A stretch of 64,000 bases of DNA. Source: Octopus sinensis. Lineage: Eukaryota. Under the pieces are notes generated by a model. The model had not been told where the DNA came from. It saw only the letters and a list, made by a program, of their open reading frames with translations, and searched no databases. The stretch spans positions 44,578,001 through 44,642,000 of the forward strand of contig NC_042998.1 of assembly GCF_006345805.1 (NCBI RefSeq), written 5' to 3'. A program made the position numbers and the translations under genes. Below are positions 26,839 to 40,536 of the stretch, piece by piece; position 1 is the stretch's first letter; each line of letters opens with the position of its first letter.

Positions 26839-27299
26839 AATATGCATGCATGTATGTATGTATGTATATATGTATGTGTCTGTGTTTGTCCCGACCACTG
26901 CTTTAAAAAAGGTGTTGGTGTTGTTACGTCCCCGTAACTTAGTTGTTAGTTAAAGAGACTTTAAAAAACTGAAAATACTGAGGTCGATTCATTCAGCTAA
27001 AAAATTCTTCTTGGCTATGCTGGAGCACAGCTGCACTCTAATAGCTGAAGCAAATAAAAGATAACCAACTAATCTAGTTTTCTTTTCTGGAAAATTTTTG
27101 ATTGAGGATCGATATAACTCCCGTGAATAACAGCAGGAGAAAACAAAAACTCTTGCTCAATATATCAATGCTTTATTGAGTCACTCTCTGTTGCGGAGAT
27201 AAAAACTAAAGTTGCTACAATTATCGAGAGATTGAAGGATGGAACGTCACTCATTCTACATTTGCGTTTCAATGATTTTACGTAGTCTCCGTCTTCTCT

Positions 27300-27680
27300 T
27301 TTACTTTTACTTTTACAACCTTTAGTCGAGCAAATCGACCCCAGGACTTATTGCTTGTAAGCCTAATACTTATTCTATCGGTTCCCTTTTGCCGAACCGC
27401 TAAGTTACGGCAACGTAAACACACCGGCATGGGTTTTCAATCGATGTTGGGGGAACAAACACAGGCACACAAACACAGACACACAAACATATACACACAC
27501 ACACACATATATATATACGACGGGTTTCTCTCAGTTTCCATCTACCAAATCCACTCACAAGCCTTTGGTCAGCCCGAGGCTATAGTAGAAGACACTTGCC
27601 CAAGATGCCACACATTAGGACTGAACCCGGAACCATGTGGTTCGTAAACATGCTACTTACCACACAGCCACTCCTACGCC
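27300..27680 (-). mobile_element. SINE family B
   Basis: Reverse complement of the 26452 copy, lacking the terminal stem-loop segment. Confidence 0.85.
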
Positions 27681-27793
27681 TACATGCTTATTTTCGGAAA
27701 ATATTTTCTCTAAACGCATAGTTATATTTTGGGACGGTCATTATTTTATTTTACCAAATAGGCACATGCACTATATATTCGTTCTTCACTTAC

Positions 27794-27891
27794 GATTTAT
27801 TATTGTTCTTGATTCAATGTCCTTTGTCTGGAAATCTTTCCTCACACAATCTGTGACCTCTTCAGCAATTCTACATCCCAGGCTTCTCCTC
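27794..27891 (-). CDS. Candidate 98-nt internal exon of an unidentified gene
   Basis: T-rich tract ending cataacag| and donor |gtaagt. One open frame (RRSLGCRIAEEVTDCVRKDFQTKDIESRTIIN). No recognisable homology. Confidence 0.3.
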
Positions 27892-29600
27892 CTGTTATGA
27901 TTTTCAGACAAAAGGCAATAAAAAAATAAGAACAATAATAAATCGGAAGTAAAGAATGAACATATAGCGCGTATGTTTATTTGGCAAAGAAAAATTACTA
28001 TCTTAAAATTATACAATATCTGTTTCAACACACGATATCACATCTTGCAAAACAAATACATAAACGCTTTCTTTAAAATCATTTTACGTAAATTTATTGT
28101 TTGGTTTGTGAGGAGACGTTTCAAATCTGAAAATTTATCCATTCTCTATTTGGGATTGTCTCACAATTTACAATCTATATTTCAATATTTTGAAATTAAC
28201 CTAGATTTCGTATTTTATAGAATAACAATATTTTGAGGATATTAATTTTTCGGCAAGGCAATTGGCGTCAGTCGGTTAACTTCGCATGAGGATTGATCAG
28301 TTTTAAGGCTTCAGACATAATTCGACAACAACGTATTGGTTCTGGATGTCGAAAAGAGATAAGGTGTTGATAATATCGATTTTTAAATGTGCTAGTCACA
28401 AGATCAATATAGTTTCTGTCTACACAAGCAGGTAAAGAGACTATGATTTAATATATCGGTAAGCACTTTGCATTCCAGGAGAAGAATTAATGATATAACA
28501 ATTACAGAAACATGGAAGGTTGCACACATTTGCATTTGTGGATGGTTTTTTTATGATTACTTCTGTTCATCATTCATAGTGAAGAGGAGAGCTTTACTAC
28601 TCAAGTATAGTTAACCTTCACTATTTGTATTGAATAGTTTGTAGAAACACGTTTATGTAGTAGGTCTTGAAAATGTTTTACCATATTAGAAGTGACATAT
28701 AATCTACAAAGCAGTGTTGAACTAGATATATCTTCTTTCTACTTATAGTTGTGTGTTGAGTGCTGTTTGAATTAAATTTCATATAAATATATGTGGGTAT
28801 GTATGTGTGGGTGTGCACGCGCGATTGTGTATATATGTTTGCACATACACACATGCATACATACATACATGCATATATATATATACATACATACTTACAG
28901 ATAGTGCATGCATACAGAAATATGGAGGTAGCTATAGCACTTAATTAATGCAGACATTAACATTGAGAAAGTCATCCCTGCATTAGTTACATTTCAGTCA
29001 TGATGTCGTGACCGAAACAAAGTAAAGTGTGATCTGTATACAGATAACCCCGAGGATATAAGTTATAGCGATATGGTGGAAAGGTTTGTTCTATCAAAGT
29101 TTGAAATATACTGGGAGAGCTTTTTTTTTAACAAGACCTCATTGAACTTCAAGCACAATACACTATATTAATTATCTAGGAGAAACCATAGAAATTATAC
29201 ACCATACGAGAAATCTTTTGCTCAGGAGATGTTAACTGAAATATTAGTGAAAATAATACGTCCTTGCAGCAACAATATGAAATCTGCACATCCTCCATCA
29301 CGAATATAGCTTCACTTTTATTTATGACTCCACTTACATATAACGAAACAATTATGTTAGAAGTTAATATATTCATGCGTTAGAGTAAAGCATTAGGAGA
29401 GTGTACAAAGCATAATATCAATTAATAGATGGCAAAAAACACATGACTTACGTAACCACTTCATTAGCTTATAGCTGTCTCTGCTATAAAAACATAGCAC
29501 TCATAGCTGACAGGTTCTACAGATTATAGCTTGCCTGAAACTTAAAATGAAGCGTATATTTATTTCGGAAAACAGTTCATTTTACGCTCTCTACTTTTAT

Positions 29601-29735
29601 AACATGGCGGCCACCCGGTGCGAAAATTTTTGCGCATGCGCACAAAGGGTTGCATTACCTCCTAGCCAAATGATTTTGCCCACGGAATATAAATTTTGGC
29701 GGGGAAAAAAGAAGTCGTATATTTTTGAGCGCGCC
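29601..29735. promoter_or_regulatory. Cluster of housekeeping-type TF motifs (YY1, NRF1, E2F-like)
   Basis: AACATGGCGGC at 29601-29611, TGCGCATGCGCA at 29631-29642, ttttggcggggaaaa at 29694-29708. Locally CpG-rich. Confidence 0.35.
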
Positions 29736-29983
29736 TCTTACATTAAGCAAATCATGCATATTTACACATGCAATAACCACCATGCTTGGATGTAGATATT
29801 CACATGCACGTCTTTATGTAGAAACATCAATGCATATATTCAAGCTTAGATACAAATATATACATTTGTATCTTTGCGTGTGTGTATGTCTATAGATAAA
29901 ATACCTATCTATCTACCTGCATACATAAATACAAAGATACATACATACACGGTAGGTAGGTAGGTAGGTAGGTAGGTAGGTAG

Positions 29984-30303
29984 GAGCACTCCGTCGGTTG
30001 CGACGACGAGGGTCCCAGCTGATACGATAACGGAACAGCTTGCTCGTGAAATTAACGTGCAAGTGGTGAGCAATCCACAGACACGAGTACCCCTAACGTA
30101 GTTCTCGGGGAGATTCAGCGTGACACAGAGTGTGACAAGGCTGGCCCTTTGAAATGCAGGTACTACTCACTTTTGCCAGCTGAGTGGACTGGAGCAACGT
30201 GAAATAAAGTGTCTTGCTCAAGGACACAACGCGCCGCCGGGAATTGAACTCACGACCTTACGATCATGAGCCGAATGCCCTAACCACTAAGCCACGCGCC
30301 TTC
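29984..30303 (-). mobile_element. SINE family C with a different 3' half
   Basis: Minus-strand head gtggcttagtggttagggcattcggctcatgatcgtaaggtcgtgagttcaattccc, central domain ttgagcaagacactttatttcacgttgctccagtccactcagctg. Flanked by (GTAG)n and (TACA)n. Confidence 0.9.
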
Positions 30304-31172
30304 ACACATACATACATACATACATACATACATACATACATACATACATACATACATACGGTGGCCAAACAGTCTGAAACGTAATAAAAGAAGATAAAAC
30401 AGCACCAAACGAAGTTGACAATAATGAGACTAAATGATCAAAAGATTATTTGTTGAACTTAAAAATTAAAACAGCCACCAAGTTAAAATACGATCGGTTT
30501 AGATAATGTTATGTGGAATCACAAGTAAAGGATATGCTCTGATCAGAGAATCGGCTGCTCTCTGAGATGCCTGTGTGGTCTGAGAAATACAGGAGAAAGT
30601 GGACATATGTGCACCATTGATAAGGAGTTTACAAAGCCGGTACTTAACATACGCTTTCACCTATATATACATCATTATTGGATCAACAGGAACGTATCAA
30701 CCCGCTAAGAGGAAAGTGTGGCTGAACTTGGTTTCTTAGGGAGAGAACTCAGATACTTAATTGACATGCTATAAATGTTCACGATATCTGGGACAATAAA
30801 AATCTGAAAGTCCTTAAGGTTTAAAGGATAGCGAACAAAACTAGATGCTTTCTTTACCAAGCAGCTGGCCGGTCAAAGCTAACTCTAAATAAAAAAGAGA
30901 TACATACATACATAATACATACAAACAGACAGACACACATACATACATGCATACATATATGCATACATACATGCACATGAGCATATATACATACGAGCAT
31001 ACCTACATACATACATTCATACATAAAGCAAAACATATAAATCAGCACATATGCATACATAAAAAGCATACAAACAAAAATACCCTGTTGTTGATGTTGA
31101 AATTCCAAAGTGACATGTATGTATGACATACATACATACATACATACATACATACATACATACATACATACA

Positions 31173-31203
<31 letters not shown>

Positions 31204-31370
31204 GTAAATAACACATGTACAAACATTACTCCGGTCAATGGTCTCTAAACTTCAAACGAAACTTCTTTGTCTCTGGGTTAGAAACCAGTTCATTTTCCGC
31301 TTCCATTGTGAGAAATTTGTAAAACATAACCAGAACACCTGTAGATTCTGCTACATTTTCTCTCGAATAT

Positions 31371-31563
<193 letters not shown>

Positions 31564-32554
31564 TGCATATGTGTATAATATGTATATGTATAAATATGTA
31601 TGTATACGCGCACACACATATGTGTGTGCATGTGTGTGCATGTGTGTGTATGTGCGCGAGTGCATGTTGACGCGTGTACATATGTGTCATGACGTCGTTA
31701 TATGTCATATATAAAGATAATTTCTATAAATTAAATGTTTGACATATTACCCTCGTCGATTAAGCTGACAGATTGGCATTTGACGTCGCCAGAAACATCC
31801 ATTCTCTTCCTGATAACCGTTTAATCCAATTCCGCTATATCACAAATAGAATTATACTTGTCGCCTTTATTTTTATTTTAGTTAATAGATTTTTATTCGC
31901 CTCTTTGCTTCACTAACAAAATGTCAATACTTTAAGTTCATCAAATCATTGATTTATTTTAGTTTAATACGTTTTATTTTTGCTCTTTTTCCGTTACCGT
32001 ATATTTATTTTTCGTTTTGTTTTCTTGGGTTAATATATATTTTTGTAACTGCTTTCTTTCTTTGTTGTTTTGTCATTTTTTGCTATTTTTTCTTAAAATA
32101 CTCATTGAGGAATTTTTGAAATTTTTCTCGATAGAAAATTTTGGTAAACCAAATATTGATATTATTTGATAAAATGCCGGGTGAATTTTTCAGATGACAT
32201 CACGTGTTGCATGTGTATATGCTTATTAACCTTGTGTGTGTGTTTATGAATCGAATACATTTTAAATGTTTGTATTTGTATGTATTTTTAGGACTATATC
32301 TTTACCTATGCAAAGCACTTGAATGATGTTTGCACATGTGTGTATATTACAAATCCAGTCTCTATGTGTATGAATATATAGTTGTGTATCAATATTATCT
32401 AATATTGACTTTTAGTAGTAGATTTTTTTATCGTCTATTGCGGTTATGCAATGCTGTCGGCACATCATCAACCAAAGAAAAGAAATGTTTGGTCCATTTC
32501 TACTTATTAATGAGTTTGCATCAATAATCAATTTAATATCATATCATATTAGAT

Positions 32555-32587
<33 letters not shown>

Positions 32588-32653
32588 TGCATGTGCTTTT
32601 GTGTGTGTGTATGTATGTATATCTGTGTGTGTGTGGGCGCGTATATATATATA

Positions 32654-33039
32654 CTAGCAGTATCGCCCGGCGTTGCTCAGGTTTGTAAGGGAAATAACTA
32701 TAAAGCATTTTTAGAGAGTTATAGCCAAAAAATAGCAAAAAAATGGAAAAAAATGATGGTAAATTTTTTTTTGAGATTTAAAAAAGGTGGAGTTGCGTCC
32801 CCTAGACAGTTTGTGGTTCGTGTTTCTGATTCTCGACCCCTTGTCGAATTTATCGATTTTTTTCAGAACTGGGCAACTTTTCAAAATTTTCGCTGCGTTA
32901 GTTTTGAATTACAACATTGGGCTATGTTTGTGTCAAGTTTCATCAGAATCGGTTGAAAACCGTGGTCAGGGTAAGGGTACAAGCAAACAGACACACAGAA
33001 ACACGCACAGACAAAATGCCGTTTATATAGAGAGAGAGA
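32654..33039 (-). mobile_element. Non-autonomous Helitron
   Basis: Minus strand reads A|TCtctc...tataaacggc...acaaacctgagcaacgccgggcgatactgCTAG|T. Confidence 0.85.
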
Positions 33040-33199
33040 TATATATATTTACATATATGTATATAAACATACATATACATGCATACATACATACATACAC
33101 ATAGCTATGTATATGTATATATATATATATTTCCTTTTTCTCCTCTTCATAGTTTTCTAGCTGTCTCTCTCCCTCCCTCTCTTTCTCTTTTTCTCTATC

Positions 33200-33709
33200 T
33201 CTCATTGCTTACACGTGACCATCGTCCATCTTTCTTTTCTTCACATAACCATCTTTGTTTTCCAGCACAAACATTCTAAGGACTGGACGGCTTTATCGCT
33301 CTCTTTTATCTTTTATCTTTTCAAAGAAAATATTTCTAAAAGCGTTCACTATCTTTCTCCTCGTTCTGGTCTAACGACCCTACATATTTGTGTTCGTTCG
33401 GTTTTTAAGTATCTCTCCACTATCCTGTTTTGTCTCCAAATTTGACTCTCCATAAAATCCAAAATTTATTTTGGAAGTTATGAGAGCAACTGTCTTCGAA
33501 GTCTCATATTCTCGTTGATTGCTCGAAACGCGGTGTGCATAAATCGGGGTGACAACTGATGAAGGAATTATTCTTTATGTTGCCTGTCTCGTTTCTCTAA
33601 TTGTTTCTTTCGTTGTCCGAAAAAAAGTTCGCTTTCCATGTTTTTGTTGTTTTTTATGTTCTCGTATTTCATTTTGTTCACATTTTTTACGTCATGTACC
33701 CATATATGC

Positions 33710-33761
<52 letters not shown>

Positions 33762-34400
33762 GCATATATGGGTACATGACGTAAAAAAATGTGAACAAAA
33801 TGATATACGAGAACATAAAAAAACAACAAAAACATGGAAAGCGAACTTCTTTTCGGACAACGAAAGAAACAATGGGGTGTATAATGTCGAAGACAGCCGT
33901 AGTTCTCACAATCATAATAGTAATAAGAACGCCGTTTTAATATCGGAAGCCAATCCCAATAGAATAAGGTTTTTATCTAGTAATTCCAAGATTAGAAATG
34001 CCATTTACCAATGCAGAGTTTATACTGGATCGGATGTTTACTCGTATATCGGAGCGTCATCATCAAAATTGGCCGTGAGAATATCGAACCACTTCACAAC
34101 TTTTCGCGATTTTAGAAAACAACACGCTACCGGACTAAGTAAACTAATCTGGCGTTTGAAGAACGCGAATTCAGCATTTAGACTGGAATGGTTGATTTTA
34201 TCGGTGGCTGTACCGTTTGATAGGGGCAAAAGAATCTGTAATCTCTGCAACTCTGAACTTTTTCACATTTTGTTCGCCCGAGGGCAGCTAGTTAACGGGA
34301 TTTTGCAACACTCTTTCAGATGTCCCCACTGGAGGCGACTGACATTTCTTGCATACAATTGAAGACTAAGATAATTAACACCTTGATGTCCTAAGAAAAG
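33200..34400 (+). mobile_element. Penelope-like element remnant (pLTR-like segment, palindrome, GIY-YIG endonuclease)
   Basis: GIY-YIG ORF plus an inverted duplication centred on (TA)n. Outer boundaries are approximate. Confidence 0.7.
33874..34362 (+). CDS. Penelope-type GIY-YIG endonuclease reading frame (no RT upstream, no clear start)
   Basis: NAIYQCRV...SYIGAS...RISNH...TGLSKLIWRLK...LEWLIL...CNLCNSE...CPH, open for about 160 codons. Confidence 0.8.
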   Translation, partial: GVYNVEDSRSSHNHNSNKNAVLISEANPNRIRFLSSNSKIRNAIYQCRVYTGSDVYSYIGASSSKLAVRISNHFTTFRDFRKQHATGLSKLIWRLKNANSAFRLEWLILSVAVPFDRGKRICNLCNSELFHILFARGQLVNGILQHSFRCPHWRRLTFLAYN

Positions 34401-35150
34401 AAAAAAATTGTTTGGAAGAAATTTGGGAAAAATTTTGAATTAAATTTGAAAGAGGAAATTACTCCCCTTTTAGCGTATGTTCTGCTACTTTTTTACAAAC
34501 AATATCAGGGATTATACTCCCCTTGTTTTTGACAAGTCATCTGTATATAAATTGGTCATAGACGAACACACAGACACAGCCGCTTGACCAGCAATGTCTA
34601 CAATACAATATATTTTCTCTCTAGCTGCTTCCTAACATACTGCCGCACATACATAGGCGCATACACACACACATACATGTAGGTAGTTCCTCACACCCAA
34701 ATAAGATAGCTGTCATTCTTAAAACAATTTGAACATTAACACTAGTTATACAGAATATATTCACACTCTTTGGGCTTTCTGTGATTCTTCCCCTACCTGA
34801 TTTCACCGTGGTTTGACCTAGGTTTATTCCAACGGGTTTTTTTCGTCGGCCTTCACCCACTCTGACGTCAGCGCATATTGAGAGACAGTGTTGTGCCATT
34901 TTCACCATGGGCTCCTAGGGAGCGTTTTGTTCGAAAAGCTTGCTGCGCATTTGTTTTGAGATTTTTAATTCCTGGATTTTCCTGAAGAGAAAGCTGCAGA
35001 ATGGTCTCCTTATTCAATCCGAATTTGGGAATTTGCAGCCTTTGAAACATGTGTAGAAAATAATAAAAAGGAATTTTGTAGAATCTTCGTTCGGCTCCAT
35101 TTCTTCCCTTCACTAAATATATATATATATATATATGTATGTATATATCC

Positions 35151-35295
<145 letters not shown>

Positions 35296-35732
35296 GATTT
35301 ATATTATTATATGATCAAATGCCATCTACTTCCAAGTAAGCTTGATCTATATATATATATATAGGCCGAGGTATGGATCTGTAGTTATGAAATTCGCTTG
35401 CATTGGCTTACTTTCCAAGTTAAGTTCCAACACGCGGCACCTTGGACAAGTGTGTTCAACCTTAGCCCCGAAGCCGACTAATGCATTCTGAGTGAATTTG
35501 GTGGACTCAAACTGTGTAGAAGCCGGTCACATATATGTATGCATATAATATAGATGTGTATGTGTGGGTTTGTGTATGTATGTATGTATGTATGTATGTA
35601 TGTATGCATATGCATGTTCTGCCGTTGAATTTACACAAACAAGAGAAAGACTCCGGGTTCGATTTCTGTTGAAGTATAAATTTATTATACTAAGCTGATG
35701 AAGGAACATTCATACAACCTTCAAATTACATT

Positions 35733-35993
35733 TTAAATAAATAAATGCGCCCTTTTTTAAAGTCTAGCCTGGCGCATGGGCCCGGTTTCCTGGTTTCAAT
35801 GGCATATGTGTTCCCCAGCTGGATGGGACACCAGTCCATCGCAGCGTTACTCATTTTTGCCAGCTGAGTGAACTGGAGCAAAGTGAAATGAAGTATTTTG
35901 CTCAAAAACACAACGCGTCGCCCAGTCCAGGAATCGAAACCACAATCTTACGATCATGAGACTGACACCTTAACCACCAAGCCACCTGCCTCC
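35733..35993 (-). mobile_element. SINE family C
   Basis: Reverse complement of the 18873-type copy, including the ccatccagctggggaacacatatgccattgaaacc tail. Confidence 0.85.
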
Positions 35994-36433
35994 ACAAATT
36001 ACATTATACTATCTAAAAAATAATAAGTTGGTTGGCCACTTTAGATAATGTAGTCATTGATAAATTATCAAGACGAAAAATATCGTTTCTAGAATGCTTT
36101 TGATCACAGTTCACTTTCTCTGCCAAGTGTAGCTAAACAGAACTGCATTAGACGTAACAGACGATCGACCGTACACATCACTCTAAGTATGACATAATAG
36201 CCTCATGCATTTCTAGATTGACAGTGAACCTGCTTCAATTATATATTCACTAGATTAATATGTCACCGAAACTTTTCAAACTAATTATTAGAGAAAATGA
36301 GATAATTAGTTTTTACCTGACGCAACGCAACAAACATGCAACACCCACACATATAAATATTATTCATTAAGAATTTCCAGACTTATCACAAGATATTACG
36401 AAGAAATTTCAGTTTTGGAGTAATCTTAACATC

Positions 36434-36516
<83 letters not shown>

Positions 36517-36743
36517 TATTACTAGCCGAATATTAGCTATATGATTTCATAGCAAACTTCTTAATGATGCATCCATGGTTACGGCCGTAACCGATGGTGG
36601 TGTGGCTATATGAGAATGTTCCTTAATTTTCGCTTATGCTGGATTAGTTTGAACCCTTTAAATCCTATATACATTTGTACACACACACACACACATATAT
36701 CTATATCTATATATATATATACATACACACACACACACACACG

Positions 36744-36814
<71 letters not shown>

Positions 36815-37577
36815 CACGATGAAGAAACAAATACGTCGTATAAATTACTCTGTGCGTATGTTTAGTCACTTTTTGTTTATCTTTACCGAAGTTTGTTGAC
36901 ATGTTAGAAATCAAAGTCATCCACCCGGTGAAATATGAAGAAGGGATTCATTGCTTTGAGTATCATTCATCTCAACTATCCATATTAATATTTGGTTTGG
37001 CTCCGTATATACTTTCTCTTATTTCCGTAGGTTGATTCCATAAAGTCTAGCAGTATGATAACTATGCAGCTGTTTACACCTCTAGACTTTCTTGCAATTG
37101 TTCCCAGTTAATGATTCATTGAGTGGTAAAGTTTCAGGAAAAACAGTTAAGGATGGTTGAATGAAATTTCAAGACATTGAACTAAGAGAACTTGTTAAAT
37201 TTATTTGTATTACCAAGTATGTTTTTTACAATTTCAAAACACATTTCGTTACACTTACAAGCACATCTTGTTACACTTCAGAACACATACCATGCAGTAT
37301 AACAATAACTCTCGCTCCTACAGAATTAATTCTACTAAATGCAAGCTTAAATCTCCAATCAGCGAAGAGAATATAGTGTGGTCGATTAAAGATGCAAATG
37401 TGTTAAACAATTTGCATTAAAAGGAGGCGATAGTTTTGGATTATAGTTAATGATTTGAAAATTACCATTTTTTTAATTACTAAAATATCATCGAAGTCGT
37501 CAAGGCTTCCTCATTCTTTTGCTCCTCTTCGTCATCATACACGCCTTCACACTAACATTTATGCAATATAGAAAGCC

Positions 37578-37765
37578 ACACAAGGTGGTGAGCTAGCACA
37601 TTCGTTAGCACTCCGGGCAAAATGCTTACTAGCCTTTCGTCCGGGGTTGAATTTGCCTCCCACCGTTTAGAGGTCACTAAAATGGTATCAGTTAAGCACT
37701 GGGCTCGATCTAATCGACCTATCCCTCCCCTGAAAGTGCTGGCTTTGTGCCAAAACTTGAAAGCA
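37578..37765 (+). mobile_element. SINE family A
   Basis: aaggtggtgagctagcacattcgttagcactccgggc...gggctcgatctaatcgacc...ggctttgtgccaaaac. Confidence 0.75.
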
Positions 37766-40536
37766 ATATAGAAACACACACATATACATTTACCTATAAC
37801 AGTACATATTTATGTGTGTGTGTGTGTATCTATATTCATATGCATGTGCACGCTTATATTAGTAGATGACTTCATCATCATCATCATCCTCATGAGGCTC
37901 CTTGTATACACTTGCTTACTCTTCTATATAATGCAGCCAAATATCCCTCAAATTACATTATACAGTCTCAAAAGGATATTTCTAAAAACGACATTTTGTA
38001 AATTGTAGTCTCTGATATACAAAAGGACAATTTGGTTACAATATGGAACGACTTTGATTATAGTTTTGCGACACAAAACAACTACAATAACAACAACGAC
38101 GACGACATAGTGCTGCACAACAACGGTAACATTATCAACATAGTTCTATTACTTTTATATAGTTAATATTATACGGAAATTATGAATCTACAATGTGGTG
38201 TTTCAAAAGGTACTGCCAAGAGCATGTGAGCACTGTCAGATGGATAAAGAGATGATCAATATTTTGCATCGATTAACATGCCACTTGAAGAGTTAAAAGT
38301 TAGAGTTTTAGGAATGTGTTATTAGGCTACCAAGAAGAAGAGGGAACAGAGAGAGCCAAGGAAATATCTATGCTATGAACATTAGTACGGGAGTGTATCC
38401 AAATGAAGATAATTAATGAATTGAATGGAATAAACGATATGATTGGGGGATACCAAAATCACAAGTTCTCAAGGGCTGCACAAGTCACCAGAGAGTGGAG
38501 TGTACAATTGTCGAGTGATATTGAACACACCAGAAGAACCATTATTTTTTAACAAAATACACCGTCTTTTAAGTTTCAAAATTAGTAACTGTGAACAAAA
38601 TTTAGTGAATTAACCAACTTTTAAATTCATAAATCTAAATGTTTATATTTTGAAATATTTTTACAATTAATAATTGCTTTTAATATAAGAATACAGCCGT
38701 TGCTATGGCGACGAAGATTTAACGGATGAAATCATCATTTGACTGGTATTTTATTCATCAATCCCAGAACAATGAAACGTAAGTTAACACGTGTGGGACT
38801 TGAAATCAGGGCCTAAATTTTCAGAAAAATTGCTGCAGGGCATTTCATCGGACACTCCTTATAGTTTTGTCATTCCTCTAATTCATTTTAAAAGTAACGA
38901 CTGACTGCTTATAAATTAATCATAGGGCAAGCATTATACTGGTGCTTTATTTTATCAACTGCAGAAGGATGAAAGCCAAGTTAACCTTGGTAGGATTTGA
39001 ACTCAGAATGACAACAGTTAGAATGAATTACATATGGCATTTTTTTTCAGTTCTCTGTTGATTTTTCCAATCTGACTCCCTTATCTTACATGCTATTACG
39101 AAATTCCAGTCAAAGATTTGATGTTGGATTTGATCATTTCATAGACGTGGTTTTAGTCGGGTTGGTATTGAAATTGTTATAGAGAAAAGCGTATTGCATG
39201 AAAGTAATACACCAAAACGACCCTTATAAATAGTGGAATGTGCTGCAATGTGTTTATTGAAGAGGGGTTTCGTAAGTTCAAAATTGCACTTAAGAAGTAC
39301 GTTGTGTGACGGGGCTAGGTTCATGTTTGATATAATTCACGTTCCCGTTTTATCATATTGAACTAATAATTTTTATTTTGGTAATCAAGTTACACTCGAC
39401 GAAAAGAATTAGACGTCTGCTTGGAAACTTTTATAGACAGCACTCAATAAAAAGTTGGATTTAAATAGTGAAGACGAATAAAGAATTCTGCCGCCTACAT
39501 TTGAAAGTTTGGATCATTTATAGAGAGACGAATAACCAGCGTATTCAGCACATATGGGAGGCGTTATGATTTTGGATTATTCAGTATATATATCTAAACT
39601 ATTGATTTTTGTGCTTTCAAATTTACATTACCAGGATTTCCTTTTCGTACATTATAAATAAACTGAATATTGCTGTGTAAGCCACCTACTTGTACATCTG
39701 TGTACATACGTATGTATATAGACACACACATTTATGAATATGTATTTATATGGGTAAATATATAAATATATGTGGGTTTTTTTTATACAGAATAAATGTT
39801 TGAGTGTGTATATATGCATGTATGAGTATGTATATATGTATAGGTGGAATCTGTTTTCCTGTAATAAATATCGGTATATACATAAGATATAGATAGACAA
39901 ACAGTTGTGTAACTTCAAATTCTGGTGACGTATTCACTCTGCAGACTGTTTAATTAGATGGGATACGCTTTACTAAGCATTCCACGCGCATGACTAATAT
40001 ACTTCCCGATTATTAACGTTGGTATATTTCTACTTTGATGTTAAAAGCATTCATGTTTCGCTATATTGTCTGTATATTTGAAGTAAATACGGAAATGATG
40101 GAGGGTTTTTTTTCCATTTATATAGTCTTCTCAAATACTAGATCATTCTGCTGAAGTTACAAAGTGATTTAAGTTAATATAATTTCCAAACTGAAGTTCC
40201 TAACTCTTCGAACTAGGTTTTAATGATGAACTGATGCATATTTTCTAATCACCTTTAAAGATAGTTTGGTAGATTTCTGAATGCTTCACTCTAATTTCTA
40301 CCATCAGGGAATATAATTTTTTAAAGTTTTAATACAATGCCAGCCATTTTGCAGGGTGGAGAAAAGTCGATTATATCGACCCCAGTTTTGGCTGGTATTT
40401 TGTTTTATCTATCCAGCGGGGACGAAAGGTAAATTTGATTTAAACGACATTTGGGCCAATGATAAATACACAAATACCGTAAATCAGTTTCGCGATACTC
40501 TTATATTCTACAATCTCTCAAGTTTAGCATCATTAA

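Noticed and set aside
33515-33570. GAAAC ... CTGATGA in the Penelope pLTR-like segment as a hammerhead
   Set aside because: The motifs are in permuted order and stems I and II do not pair (tgctc versus aggaa).
34797-34908. Minus-strand MVKMAQH... as a first coding exon with a cag|gtaggg donor, and a TGACGTCA CRE site
   Set aside because: No homology, and splicing to the 27891 candidate exon gives an early stop.
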